Below, piece by piece: positions 1-11,300 of a DNA stretch of 64,000 bases (its first letter is position 1; the number at the start of each line of letters is the position of its first letter). Under the pieces are notes generated by a model that ran no database searches, was not told the DNA's origin, and saw only the letters and a program-made list of their open reading frames with translations. The position numbers were made by a program, and so were the translations under genes. This DNA is from an uncultured delta proteobacterium (GTDB lineage: Bacteria > Desulfobacterota > Desulfomonilia > Desulfomonilales > Desulfomonilaceae). Location of the stretch: the NCBI GenBank assembly GCA_963789265.1, contig CAWBKB010000003.1, forward strand, positions 960,001-1,024,000, written 5' to 3'.

Positions 1-1
1 T

Positions 2-487
2 ATTGGCGAGCCTGAACTTGAGGGGCTAGTGATGGTGAACATACACCCTGCCCTCCCCTGGGGCCCGCGAGGAACATGGCAGGAGGTTATCCACCAACTC
101 ATCGCGGAGCAAGCGAAAGAGCAGGGGATCATGGTTCATCTGGTCACAAATGAACTGGACAGAGGCCCTGTAATATCCTATTGCCGCTTCCCGATTCGCG
201 GGGATGAATGGGACCACCTGTGGGAACACTGGAAAGCTGATATAAGTCCCGATTCAACCAGAGAGACCAGGGAAAGCCACCCGCTCTTTCGAAAGATCCG
301 CGCGGAAGGGGAGAAACGGGAGTTGCCGCTCCTGCGAAGCGCAATCCGGGAATTGGCTTTCGGAAAGATAGTTATTCGAGAACGGCAGATTTTGGCCGAT
401 GGCTTCCCTCAGCGGGAAGGGGTGGATCTGACTGCTTTAATAGAGGACATCATCGTCAAAGAACCAGGCTGCGGACCCGTGTGTTAG
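2..487 (+). CDS. Formyltransferase (PurN/GAR transformylase-like), 5'-truncated by window edge
   Basis: Frame is open from base 2; VNIHPALP and VHLVTNELDRGPVI match the formyltransferase NxHP and HxVxxxxDxG motifs. Confidence 0.75.
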   Translation: MGEPELEGLVMVNIHPALPWGPRGTWQEVIHQLIAEQAKEQGIMVHLVTNELDRGPVISYCRFPIRGDEWDHLWEHWKADISPDSTRETRESHPLFRKIRAEGEKRELPLLRSAIRELAFGKIVIRERQILADGFPQREGVDLTALIEDIIVKEPGCGPVC

Positions 488-583
488 TAAAACGGGACGG
501 TTGGTTACAGCGAGACGACGAACGACGGTCGCCTCTACTCTGTGCCCCATTTCATCAATTTAGTACCATGCTTCTGGCAGAAG

Positions 584-644
584 TGGTGGGACAGGCATCT
601 TGCCTGTCGATTAAAAAATGACAGGCAAGATGCCTGTCCCACCA
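584..644. repeat. REP-like perfect 25-bp inverted repeat
   Basis: TGGTGGGACAGGCATCTTGCCTGTC (584-608), 11-nt spacer, exact reverse complement (620-644); lies between convergent genes. Confidence 0.85.
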
Positions 645-673
645 ACACAGAACTAGGGCGGCCACGGGCCGCC

Positions 674-1288
674 CTACCTGGCCCTTTGACCTTCCACAAT
701 CCGCTCTGTCAGCACCAGGACCAATGTGAATACCATGTCCAACTCGAACCATCGAGCTATCGACTTATCAAAGAGGACGGAAACCGAAGCGGGGAATTCA
801 TCGTCTTCCTTCCATAGTACATAAGTCACAGGAATGCCGGAAAAAGGGAGGAAGCGCATGGCCTTGTCACCGTGGGGCACCGGGTACGCGCCGAGTTCTC
901 GGGCACGATTCTCGAATGCTCCCGGATCATTCCCGTAAAGCCGAACCAAGGGCGCCACATGCAAGGCATGAGGTCCCTGGAAAAAGGTTACGCCGCCAGG
1001 AAAGTCTTTTTCGCTGACGTCTTTGCCGTCCAGGGGTCCTCCATTCTCCGCGACCAAATAGCGTATGAGAAGGATCTGAAACTCCTCAGGCAACACGCGT
1101 TTCGGATTTGGAGAAAGCTCTACAATTCGCTCGGCAACCGGATCTACGAGGTAGACCGAATTAAGAAAATCCACTTTATAGGCTTTACCAGAGGCGGCGA
1201 TTCTCACGCCGTCCCTATTTAAAATCTGTTCCCTGGAACGACTCCTAAGATCCTCCCAGTGGAACGAATTCGGAGCAGCACAAGCCAT
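674..1288 (-). CDS. DUF3786 family protein
   Basis: ATG 1288 with AAGGAGG upstream; ILLIRYL, FPGGVTFFQGPH and LWKEDDEFPASVSVLFD are typical of DUF3786. Confidence 0.75.
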   Translation of the reverse strand: MACAAPNSFHWEDLRSRSREQILNRDGVRIAASGKAYKVDFLNSVYLVDPVAERIVELSPNPKRVLPEEFQILLIRYLVAENGGPLDGKDVSEKDFPGGVTFFQGPHALHVAPLVRLYGNDPGAFENRARELGAYPVPHGDKAMRFLPFSGIPVTYVLWKEDDEFPASVSVLFDKSIARWFELDMVFTLVLVLTERIVEGQRAR

Positions 1289-1540
1289 AGAGCCTCCTTT
1301 TAAGGAAGTGTGATCGTTCACAGCGGAGAGCACAGAGATCGCCTGGAAAAAAGGATAGCTTATATCAATGCCCCGTCAAACAAGCAACGGCATACTGCCT
1401 GCCCCGCGTTCCGCGGGGTCACCCCGGATCCCGATCCGGAGCAGCGACGGCGTCCCTTCCGGCGGCTCGCGGACAACCGGCATCCCGCATCTCGCGGGAC
1501 CGGTCCTACTGGATGCGCGCGTACGCAGGCGTGACGATGC

Positions 1541-1569
1541 GTAGGGGCGGGTTTGAAACCCGCCCCTAC
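1541..1569. repeat. GTAG-family REP palindrome
   Basis: GTAGGGGCGGGTTTGAAACCCGCCCCTAC is self-complementary; a related copy is at about 30521-30546. Confidence 0.85.
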
Positions 1570-1889
1570 TCGGTGTCACTTGCTTGGAAGCGAATCGGTA
1601 TTATTCAGCAATACGTAAATCACCTCTGCGCACTCTGCGGTCACCTTCCCCGGGCATCTTCCATGAACCTCGGACTATATCAAGCTGCTAATGGTAAATC
1701 GAGCACCTGCTGCACAATTTGCATTTGCACAAAATATTTTCGCGGGAAATAGCATACGAGGTTGTAATACATTGTAGCGTCAGGGCAGATTTTCATAAGC
1801 TTATTGCTCTGCCTACAAATGAGCTTGACTTTATCGGCCAAATAGGCAAACCTAATCAGTAAGGAATTTGCCTGCAGAAACAGGACAAA

Positions 1890-2333
1890 ATGCTGAGTCG
1901 TTTACTAGTCATTATTACTTGCGTTTCTATGGTCGGCATGACTGTGGTCCCTGCTTCTGCCATTCCCTGCTGCTGTAACAAATCAATGCACAGTAAAAAA
2001 ATGTCGGGGGCAAAGGCTCAAATGAGCCCTGCTTGCCTACCGGAGAGCGCGGACAAAGCTCTTCCGTGCTGTCACGGCAAATTTGTTAAAGCCTGCTTCT
2101 CGACGAAAGTCATGAGACAAAACTGCCCCAGATGCCGATGTCTGGAGCAGTTACAGATTATTGCTCTTTCCGGATACGCGCCCACTGAAAACAACATCCG
2201 AGTTTCCACAGTAACTCTCGCGACAGTCGCCTCGATGCCATTTACTGATTTTGAGAAGTCGGCCGTCGTCATGCCATCGTCTGACTGCCGCGATCCCATT
2301 ATCAGCCTCCAAACTTCCATTCTCCGCTGTTGA
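1890..2333 (+). CDS. Exported Cys-rich small protein heading the metal-resistance cluster
   Basis: Signal-peptide-like N-terminus; CCC, CC and CPRCRC motifs; ends ISLQTSILRC. Confidence 0.6.
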   Translation: MLSRLLVIITCVSMVGMTVVPASAIPCCCNKSMHSKKMSGAKAQMSPACLPESADKALPCCHGKFVKACFSTKVMRQNCPRCRCLEQLQIIALSGYAPTENNIRVSTVTLATVASMPFTDFEKSAVVMPSSDCRDPIISLQTSILRC

Positions 2334-2467
2334 TACTTCCCCCCAAACATTCTTGATTACCCTGTAGTACTTTAACCCAAGGGCTGCACGAGAATTCTTG
2401 TCTATACTTGATCTCTCATGCCTAACGAAGTCCGTACAATTGGGCGGATGCCAATCGGAGTGTAAGT

Positions 2468-3413
2468 ATGTCCGTTGAAAGACCGATCAAAAAGATCGAC
2501 CTGGAGACACTGAACCAGGCAGATCGCAAAGTTTCTCTGAGCAAATTACGCCGCGTGGGCATTGCGGGGGCAGTACTGCTCTTTCTCGCAGGCGGCGCTT
2601 ACGGCGCGTACAGGCTTATCGCGGGCGAAGTGGTGGAATCCAGATTCGCAGTCAGCAAAATGGTATGCCCTGCCTGCGTCATTACAATAAAGGAAGTTAC
2701 CGGCAAGCTCCCCGGCGTCGTTGAAGCGGACGTCAGCCTCGCGGCTCGGAACGTAATCGTGAAGTTCCGAGATAAACAAACAACCCCGGACCAGATTAGA
2801 GAAGCCATTGCCAGAGCAGGCTATCCTATCAAACTGGACGGTTTGTTCAAGCCTGATGGCACTGGAATCGGCAAGCCGGTGGTGGCGACGGTAAACGGCA
2901 AGCCGATATTTCGAAAAGACCTCAAAATGCCTCTTAACGTGGACAACGCGGCCACAGAAGGTCCTGATCCTGCATCTGCCCTCTTCTCCGCGGTCGGTAA
3001 GGAGATCTTACTTCAAGCCCGCGGACGCTAAAACCGTTGTGATTCAGCCTCAGGAGATTGAAACAGAAATAGAGGCCCTTGCTAAGAATAAGGGCGCCTC
3101 GAAGGAAGAATTCCTCGCTCAGATCACAGCCGGCTTTGACTCCAACGAGAAGTACCTTCAGGTGGTTGGTCAACGGCTTGCCATCCGGAAGCTGCTTGAC
3201 GAACACGTGCTTGAGAGCATCCAGAACCCGCAGGAACGGAAACGCAAAACCATGGAGTGGGTTGGAAATACTTTCAAAGAAGCCGATGTCCAGATTCTTG
3301 ACTCCGGTTTCAGGAATAGGATCCAAGCCACGGTGGGTCAGGATCAGTGGAAGACCTTTTGGCCCAGAATGATTGCTAGGGAAACCGAACTGAAAAGCCT
3401 TCTGGTTCAATAA
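2468..3413 (+). CDS. Membrane-anchored HMA domain fused to SurA N-terminal-like domain (one frameshift at about 3018)
   Basis: TM helix, HMA motif MVCPAC...GVVEADVSL...AGY, then VVATVNGKPI. Removing one C in CAAGCCCGCG joins ORFs 2468-3031 and 3039-3413 (LLQAADAKTVVIQP). Confidence 0.7.
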
Positions 3414-3491
3414 CGGTAGACTGCACCAAGCTCCGACCTTCGAGCGGCGGTGAGATTTTGTCCAAGCTTTGATACAGAAAGGATTGAAAAG

Positions 3492-3959
3492 ATGCAGAAG
3501 AAATATGTGGGACTTCTTGTGGCGGCAATAGTTGTTATTAGCATTCTTATGATGATCGGTGTCGCCTTAGCGTGGAACTTCACCCTCCCCGCTATGGAAG
3601 TTAAGCCCGTGAACGGCGTATTCACCTTCCCTGTTTCCACCTTTGAGGATGGAAAGGCAAGATATTTCGAATACAAACATGCGCCCGGCAAGATAGTTCG
3701 TTTTTTTGTCGTCAAAAGCACTGATGGCATTATCAGAGCCGCGTTCGACGCGTGCGAGCAATGTTTTCGTTCCAAGAAAGGTTACATCCAGAGAGGCAAC
3801 GACATGGTCTGCATGAACTGCGGACTGAAGTTCAGAACGGACAAAGTCAATGTGGTGACGGGTGGCTGCAACCCGGCTGGGCTGAGGAGAACAATCCAAG
3901 GGCCCAACGTGCTTATATCCCAGCAGGATGTTCTGGCTGGTCTGCGGTATTTCCAGTAA
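3492..3959 (+). CDS. DUF2318 (FtrD-like) membrane Fe-S/metal protein
   Basis: AAFDACEQC...GY...MVCMNCG...GGCNP signature plus an N-terminal TM segment. Confidence 0.85.
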   Translation: MQKKYVGLLVAAIVVISILMMIGVALAWNFTLPAMEVKPVNGVFTFPVSTFEDGKARYFEYKHAPGKIVRFFVVKSTDGIIRAAFDACEQCFRSKKGYIQRGNDMVCMNCGLKFRTDKVNVVTGGCNPAGLRRTIQGPNVLISQQDVLAGLRYFQ

Positions 3960-3971
3960 GGGAGACAGTGG

Positions 3972-5129
3972 ATGAAACTTCACGATATAGCTGTGAACAA
4001 TTTGAGGCGTAGGAAGGGGAAGGTATTCTTTCTCGTCATGGGGCTTTTGGTCGGTGTGGCAGCAGTGGTTGCCCTACTCACCACAACCAGCGCTCTGGAA
4101 GCGGATATCGCTCACAATATGGATGAGTTCGGCGCCAATATACTCGTTACCCCCCGATCGGAAGGGTTGTCCCTAACTTATGGCGGAATGAATCTGGGCG
4201 GCCTCTCCTTCGATGTAAAGGAGATTTCAGAGGCTGACCTGAATAAGATAAGAACGATCAAGAATGCCGCCAACATAAGGATCGTCAGTCCCAAGGTTTT
4301 CGGTGTGTTTGAGAACCGGGGAGACAAAGCTCTTGTGGTTGGCGTGAATTTTGCCTCCGAATTTTCCCTCAAGAAGTGGTGGAAAATTATCGGAAACAAG
4401 CCCTCAAAGGATGGGGAACTCCTTGTAGGCAGAGAAGCGGCAGAGCGATTTCAGCTTCAGCCCGGCTCTCCCATCGACATAAAAGGGGAGACTTTTAAGG
4501 TGACCGGAGTGCTTGAATCCACCGGCTCGCAGGACGATGGTCTTTTGTTCATGTCTCTGCCTGTAGCCCAAAAACTGTTCGGCAAAGAAGGCAAAGTTGG
4601 AATGGTGGAAGTGGCGGCCCTGTGCAGGAACTGCCCGATCTCCGATATAGTTGCTCAGATCGCCCAAAAAATCCCCACAGCCAAGGTCACAGCGGTTCAG
4701 CAGGTTGTGGCCGGCCGCATGGATACTCTCCGCAGCTTTCGAAAATTTTCCCTCGGTGTTTCGGCCCTGGTCGTGTTCGTGGGCTCGATGGTGGTGTTCG
4801 TGACCATGATGGGTAGCGTCAACGAGCGCACCAGAGAGATCGGAATCTTCAGCGCAATTGGGTTCAGGCAATCTCACATAATGACGATCATCTTGGTGGA
4901 AGCGTTCGTGGTCTCCTTGATTGCCGGGGTGACCGGTTACCTTGCCGGGATCGGCGTTGCCCGTCTGCTGCTTTCGTTTCTCAAGGACCATACGGCCCAC
5001 TTCTCTCTGGATCCTTTTGTGGCGGTAGGTGCTGTTTTCCTGGCCATAGTGGTTGGTCTCTCGGCTTCTCTCTACCCGGCGATGGCCGCCTCGAAAATGG
5101 ATCCCAGTGAAGCTCTGCGGACTTTATAG
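3972..5129 (+). CDS. ABC transporter permease (FtsX/MacB type)
   Basis: NLRRRKGK N-terminus, SVNERTREIGIFSAIG and C-terminal PAMAASKMDPSEALR. Confidence 0.9.
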   Translation: MKLHDIAVNNLRRRKGKVFFLVMGLLVGVAAVVALLTTTSALEADIAHNMDEFGANILVTPRSEGLSLTYGGMNLGGLSFDVKEISEADLNKIRTIKNAANIRIVSPKVFGVFENRGDKALVVGVNFASEFSLKKWWKIIGNKPSKDGELLVGREAAERFQLQPGSPIDIKGETFKVTGVLESTGSQDDGLLFMSLPVAQKLFGKEGKVGMVEVAALCRNCPISDIVAQIAQKIPTAKVTAVQQVVAGRMDTLRSFRKFSLGVSALVVFVGSMVVFVTMMGSVNERTREIGIFSAIGFRQSHIMTIILVEAFVVSLIAGVTGYLAGIGVARLLLSFLKDHTAHFSLDPFVAVGAVFLAIVVGLSASLYPAMAASKMDPSEALRTL

Positions 5130-5141
5130 GGAGGTATCACG

Positions 5142-5834
5142 ATGAGTTACATAACTGCAAATCGTGTAGTCAAAGAGTTCGGCGATGGCGACGCAAAAGT
5201 GGCCGCGGTCCGAGGAGTAGACCTTTCAATCGATCAGGCCGGCTTTGTATCCATCATGGGAGAATCCGGGGCAGGCAAAACCACCCTTCTCTCAATGCTC
5301 GGCGGCCTGTTAAACCCCACACGCGGTGAAATCCTCATCGGAGGTATCAACATTTACTCCTTGAAGAGGAGCAAGCTGGCGGATTTCAGGCGCGAGTTCA
5401 TGGGATTCATTTTCCAGTCTTTTCAACTCGTTCCCTATTTGAATGTTGTTGAAAACGTGCAGTTGCCCTTGGCCGTCACCCATCATTCGGGGGCAAACAA
5501 GAAGGCGCTGGCCATGTCCGCCCTGGAGAGGGTGGGCCTGCAAGACAAGTGGCGTCGCCTTCCAAACCAGCTTTCAGGCGGAGAGCAGGAACGTGTAGCC
5601 ATTGCACGGGCCGTGGTTAATGAACCACCGATCTTGTTTGCGGACGAGCCCACCGGCAACCTGGATTCCAAGAATTCCGCAGAGATAATGCGCCTCCTCA
5701 CGAGGCTCAATTCCGAAGGCCAAACCATTGTTATGGTCACCCACAGTAATCATAACGCGGAATACGCTGACCGAATCATAGAGGTCGCCGACGGCAATCT
5801 CAAGGAAGGCCTGGCAATAAGGGCGGTAGTCTGA
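5142..5834 (+). CDS. ABC transporter ATP-binding protein (LolD/MacB type)
   Basis: Walker A GESGAGKT, signature LSGGEQ, Walker [13 protein letters not shown]. Confidence 0.95.
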   Translation: MSYITANRVVKEFGDGDAKVAAVRGVDLSIDQAGFVSIMGESGAGKTTLLSMLGGLLNPTRGEILIGGINIYSLKRSKLADFRREFMGFIFQSFQLVPYLNVVENVQLPLAVTHHSGANKKALAMSALERVGLQDKWRRLPNQLSGGEQERVAIARAVVNEPPILFADEPTGNLDSKNSAEIMRLLTRLNSEGQTIVMVTHSNHNAEYADRIIEVADGNLKEGLAIRAVV

Positions 5835-6070
5835 GCAACTTTAGCGAAAGGCTCTCACAATGCTGAACGATGAGCAGGCTTTTCCTACCATAACAGTCGA
5901 GAATATTGACTTTGCGAAAATATATTTCATCATAAGGAAGTCGCTTAATCGAACGCGGAGTCTGGTGGAAAAATTCATTTGTGCGCGCGCGAGCGATGTG
6001 CAAACAGAGTCTACGGACCGAAGACGGACTTAATATTACAGAATGAGGGCATTATCGAGAGGGAAGAACC

Positions 6071-8314
6071 ATGGACGTCAGCTACATAACTGATCTTTGG
6101 GGCAGGATTCCAGCGAAGAAGCTTCTATTGGCCGTGCTGATCATCCTGGCATTTGTGCTCGGCTATTGCCTGCCGAAGAGCAGCGATACCAAAGTGGCAT
6201 GCGTTGATTCAAAGCATGAGCCGCAGAAGATTTCTACGGCCGCGGGTGCACACGATCACTCATCGGCCGGGTCTTCGAAAAAGGCTGAAAAAGTAAAATG
6301 GTGGACCTGCTCCATGCACCCCCAGATAAAGCTTCCCCATCCCGGTAAGTGCCCCATCTGCGCCATGGACCTTATACCGGTGACCTCGGACCAGGACACC
6401 GACACCAATCTTATACGATATACGATGTCCGAAGCGGCAAAGAAGCTGGCAGCAGTTGAAACCACAGCGGTAAAGCGCGACCACGCGAAGGTGGAAGTCA
6501 GGATGGTGGGGCTGGTGGATCAGGACGAGACAAGGATCGCATACCTGACATCTCGTGTTGCCGGGCGGCTTGACCGAATCTACGTTGATTACACGGGGAA
6601 TTTGGTCAGCAAAGGGGATCCGATGGTGACCATCTGGAGCCCGACTCTGATCACAAGCCAAGTCGAGTTGTTTGAGAGCATGAAGAGCAAGGACAGCGAG
6701 GGTATTATCAAGGGCGCTGAAGAAAAGCTCATGCAATACGGCATGACCCAAAAACAGATAAAGGACATCGAGGAAAAGAAAAAGCCGGATCTATACGTTA
6801 CGCTTCGGGCGCCGATAAACGGGGTGGTCACAAAAAAAACGGCGATCCTTGGCCAATTCGTTAAGGAAGGCTCCGAAATGTACACAATCAATGACCTGTC
6901 CCACGTGTGGGTGATGTTGGACGCCTACGAGTCGGACATGCCGTGGATACGTTACGGTCAAGACGTCACTTTCACCACTTCCGCGGTTCCGGGCCGAAAA
7001 TTCGCAGGTAAGGTCATGTTTCTGGATCCCGTGCTGGATACAAAGACCCGCACTGTGAAGATCCGTGTTGAAGCCGACAACCCGGATTACACGCTTAGGC
7101 CGGGTATGTTCGTTACGGCTGAAGTGAAGGCTGAAGTCGATTCAAAGGGGAGGGTCATCAAGCCGGAATGGGCCGGCAAATACATCTGCCCGGTTCACCC
7201 GTCGGATAAAGGGTGTTCAAAGCCGGGAATTTGTCCGATTAGTAAGAAAGCACTGCGACCTGCCTCTGCTTATGGATATGTGGACAAGCCAAACCCTGAA
7301 TTGCCGCTCGTGATCCCCGCTGCCGCTCCTCTGATAACGGGCAAGCGCAGCATTGTTTATGTGGAGGTACCTAACCAGGATAAGCCTACTTATGAATTGC
7401 GAGAGGTTGTTCTGGGGCCTCGTGCCGGAGACAGCTACGTTGTTTACAAGGGGCTGAAAGAAGGTGAGCGCGTAGTAACTAAAGGCAATTTCGAGATTGA
7501 CAGTGCAATGCAAATAGTCGGTAAGGCAAGCATGATGAATCCTATCGAGCCTAAACAGGCTCCGGCTCCCAAGGTTGCCAAAGCTTCTAACGCTTCCAAG
7601 GAAAATGGGGACGAAGAGGTGATTAAGAAGCTGCAAGCCCCTGAGAAGTTTGTCTTCGCGTTAACCCCGGTGGTTCAGGAGTACTTGAACCTCAAGGAAT
7701 CGCTTGTTTCGGAGAAGTCTGAAGAGGCCGCGGTGCATGCCAAGAAACTGACCGAGCTCGTGAAAGGAATGAATGCCGAAGGACTCGATGGCAAGGCTCT
7801 AAAAACCTGGACAAAACTCTCCGGGGCGATGTTGACCAACCTTAAACAAATCGCGGACAGCCGAGACATCGCGGCCATGCGTAAAGGCTTCGATCCTCTT
7901 TCTGAAGCGTTTGCGAAAGTTGTGATGGGATTCCGCCATACCATGAAGAACCCGCTTTTCTTGTATCACTGCCCTATGGCTTTTGACAACGAGGGAGCTT
8001 ACTGGATCGAATCGTGCAAGGATGCAAGGAACCCCTACTTTGGTAAAACGCCGTATGAGGGGCAATCAATGCTCAAGTGCGGGGAGATGATAGAGAAGAT
8101 TCCGCCCGAAACATTCCCTTCGCCGGACAAAGCAAAAGGTACTAAAGAGCCCGAGGCTAAGTCGAACAAGGAGAAACAAGGAAATGATTCGGCGGTGACC
8201 AAAGACAAGCAACACGTCGAATCGACTACCACCAAAGATAAGCAGGACTCCGATGCCAAGCCCGAGCCACCAAGTGCCGGGTCTCATTCCACGCAGAATG
8301 GGAGAGAAAAATGA
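6071..8314 (+). CDS. cusB: Cu/Ag RND efflux periplasmic adaptor with heavy-metal-binding domains and C-terminal DUF3347-like domain
   Basis: WTCSMHPQI...PGKCPICAMDL, second YICPVHP...CPI, LRPGMF, and C-terminal YHCPMA...W...NPYFG...MLKCG. Confidence 0.9.
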   Translation: MDVSYITDLWGRIPAKKLLLAVLIILAFVLGYCLPKSSDTKVACVDSKHEPQKISTAAGAHDHSSAGSSKKAEKVKWWTCSMHPQIKLPHPGKCPICAMDLIPVTSDQDTDTNLIRYTMSEAAKKLAAVETTAVKRDHAKVEVRMVGLVDQDETRIAYLTSRVAGRLDRIYVDYTGNLVSKGDPMVTIWSPTLITSQVELFESMKSKDSEGIIKGAEEKLMQYGMTQKQIKDIEEKKKPDLYVTLRAPINGVVTKKTAILGQFVKEGSEMYTINDLSHVWVMLDAYESDMPWIRYGQDVTFTTSAVPGRKFAGKVMFLDPVLDTKTRTVKIRVEADNPDYTLRPGMFVTAEVKAEVDSKGRVIKPEWAGKYICPVHPSDKGCSKPGICPISKKALRPASAYGYVDKPNPELPLVIPAAAPLITGKRSIVYVEVPNQDKPTYELREVVLGPRAGDSYVVYKGLKEGERVVTKGNFEIDSAMQIVGKASMMNPIEPKQAPAPKVAKASNASKENGDEEVIKKLQAPEKFVFALTPVVQEYLNLKESLVSEKSEEAAVHAKKLTELVKGMNAEGLDGKALKTWTKLSGAMLTNLKQIADSRDIAAMRKGFDPLSEAFAKVVMGFRHTMKNPLFLYHCPMAFDNEGAYWIESCKDARNPYFGKTPYEGQSMLKCGEMIEKIPPETFPSPDKAKGTKEPEAKSNKEKQGNDSAVTKDKQHVESTTTKDKQDSDAKPEPPSAGSHSTQNGREK

Positions 8315-11300
8315 CATCCTATCAGGATCAACAGCAGAGCCAAAACGGCCAAATCCGGGAAATGTCATTCTTCTCGAGAATGATGCAGTTTTGGATTGAG
8401 CAAAAATTCCTCATGGTGATCGTCTTGGCAGGGACTATCCTCCTCGGGTTGACTGTGGCTCCCTTTGACTGGGACATTTCCTGGTTGCCGCGCAATCCGG
8501 TTCCCGTAGACGCCATCCCCGACATCGGAGAGAATCAGCAAATCGTTTACACTCCTTGGGAAGGCCGCTCACCGAAGGATATCGAAGACCAAATCACCTA
8601 TCCTCTCACGGTAGCGCTTCTTGGTCTTCCCGGGGTAAAAGCCGTCAGGAGCAACTCTTTTTTCGGCTTCTCAACTATTTACATTATTTTCAACGATAAC
8701 GTTGATTTCTACTGGTCACGCTCGAGAATACTGGAGAAGCTCAATTCCTTACCTTCCGGCACACTACCCGAAGGGGTGCAGCCCACGCTGGGCCCTGATG
8801 CCACGGCATTGGGGCAGGTGTTCTGGTACACCGTTGAAGGCAAGGGCTTTGGTCTCGATGAGTTGAGAACTATTCAAGATTATTATGTCCGGTACGCTTT
8901 GGAATCAGCGGGGGGGGTGAGCGAGGTCGCCTCTGTAGGCGGCTATGTAAAGGAATATCAGATAGATATTAACCCGGATGCCATGAGGGCCAATAACATA
9001 ACTCTTCCCGAGGTCTTGAGCGCAGTCCGCATGTCCAACCTGGACGTGGGGGCGGGGACCATAGAAGTGAACAGGGCCGAGTACACGATTCGCGGCCTGG
9101 GCTTCCTCCATTCCGTCCAGGATCTTCTGGACAGTGTCGTAAAAGTCAATGAAAACGTTCCCCTGTATATAAAGGACATCGCCACAGTTTCGCTCGGGCC
9201 TGCGGTGAGGCGCGGTGCCCTGGACAAGGAAGGGGCCGAGGTGGTCGGCGGCGTGGTAGTCGTCAGATTCGGTGAAAACCCTCTTCAAGTAATCAAGAAC
9301 GTCAAACAGAAAATAAAGGAGATCAGTCCGGGACTTCCCTCCAAGACACTTCCGGACGGCACGGTTTCACGAGTCAAGATAGTTCCCTTCTACGACCGTA
9401 CCACCCTGATCCATGAGACGCTGAACACCTTAAAAAAAGCGCTCTCGGAGGAAATATTGGTCACCATGATCGTGGTTATCGTCATGGTGAATCACATTGC
9501 AAGCTCCGCGTTGATCTCCACGGTCTTGCCGCTGTCGGTTCTCCTGACCTTCGGAGTTATGAAGTTGGTGGGTATCGACGCGAACATAATGGCCCTCTCC
9601 GGCATCGCGATTGCCATTGGGGTCATGGTGGATATGGGCATTATTCTATGTGAGAACATCTTGCGGCACATGGAAGAGGATCATTCGGGGCGGAACATCA
9701 TTGATCTCATCCGCGATTCGGCCGCAGAGGTGGGGGGCGCGGTCATGACATCGTCATTGACCACTATCATCTCGTTCCTTCCTGTGTTCAGTCTTACCGG
9801 TCCGGAGGGTAAGCTCTTCAAGCCTGTCGCATTCACCAAGACATTCGCGGTTGGGTCCGCACTTGTGCTTGCCTTGGCCATAATACCCCCGCTCGCTCAC
9901 ATGGTCTTTTCCAAGAGAAATCTCCGTCGAAACACACTCCTCATTGCTAACGGTCTCATAGCAGTCCTGGGAATCTGGCTGGGGTTCTCCTTTTCATGGT
10001 GGGTCGGACTTCCGGTCCTTTTCGTAGGAGCATTGAAAGCCGGTTCGCAATTCTTCCCCGAAACTGTTAAGGGCAATATTCCGACAGTCCTCAACCTCGC
10101 GGCCCTGGGATTCGTGGTGGTTCTGCTGACAAAACACTGGTTGCCTTTGGGGCCGGGGGTCGGGTTTGTCCGGAATTTGATTTTTGCGTCCGGCCTAATT
10201 TTCGGCCTGCTAGGGATCAGAAAGATCTTCACGGCGTTTTACCGTCCATTCTTGAAATGGGCTCTGTACCACAAGGCCGTTTTCCTGGTGCTGCCTGTCA
10301 GCCTAATCATCTTTGGGCTGGTTATCTGGCAGGGATTCGACAGGGTATTTTTCTTTGTGCCGTGGACGGTGGATAAATTCATTGCCCCTCAGCGGCCCAC
10401 TGTGACTGCGCAAGGGGCGCAGGAACCCCAAGTGAAGAATGACGCTGCTCCCGAGATTCGGGAGACGGTTAGTCCTGTACGACTGACCTGGTTATGGTCG
10501 ACGCTGTCTCATAAGTTCCCCGGCTTGGGAAAGGAGTTCATGCCCGATTTGGATGAGGGTTCGTACCTCTACATGCCCTCTATGATGCCCCATGCAGGCA
10601 TTGGTGAAGCCTTGGACGCCGTTCGTAAACAGGATATGGCGATAAAGGCCATACCGGAAGTGGAGTCCGTGGTTGGGAAAGTAGGCAGAGTTGAGAGCGC
10701 TTTGGATCCCGCTCCTCTTTCCATGGTGGAGACCGTGATCAACTATCTCCCCGAGTACAAGACAGATCCGGTATCCGGAGAACTTGTGGTTGACCCCAAG
10801 ACAGGAAAGCCCATTAGGAATTGGAGGCCGGAGATAAAAAGCTCCGAAGATATCTGGAAAGCAATCGTCAAGGCCGCTCAAGTACCGGGGTGCACATCAG
10901 CGCCGAAACTCCAACCCATAGCGGCTCGTGTCGTGATGCTTCAGAGCGGCATGAGGGCCGCGATGGGAGTGAAAGTTCGCGGGAACAGCCTTGAGGACGT
11001 GGAAAAAGTGGGCCTTGAGATCGAGCGCTTGCTAAAGGAAGTTCCGTCAGTTGAACCTTCATCTGTCATCGTGGACCGGGTAATCGCAAACCCCTACCTC
11101 GAAATTGGCATCGACCGCAAAGCCATAGCTCGGTACGGGATCAAGGTCCAGGACGTCCAGGATGTGATCGAAATAGCAATTGGTGGGAAACGGATCACCA
11201 CGACGGTAGAGGGTCGCGAGCGATATCCGGTCAGGATCAGGTACCAGAGAGAACTGAGGGACTCTCTCGAAGATCTGGGGAAAATACTGGTTCCCGGAAA

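Noticed and set aside
1385..1512. GC-rich structured stretch as a possible ncRNA
   Set aside because: The minus strand begins GTAGGACCGG...CCGGT and shares CCCGCGAGATGCGGGA-like hairpins with the other intergenic repeats, so it is better explained as degenerate REP sequence.
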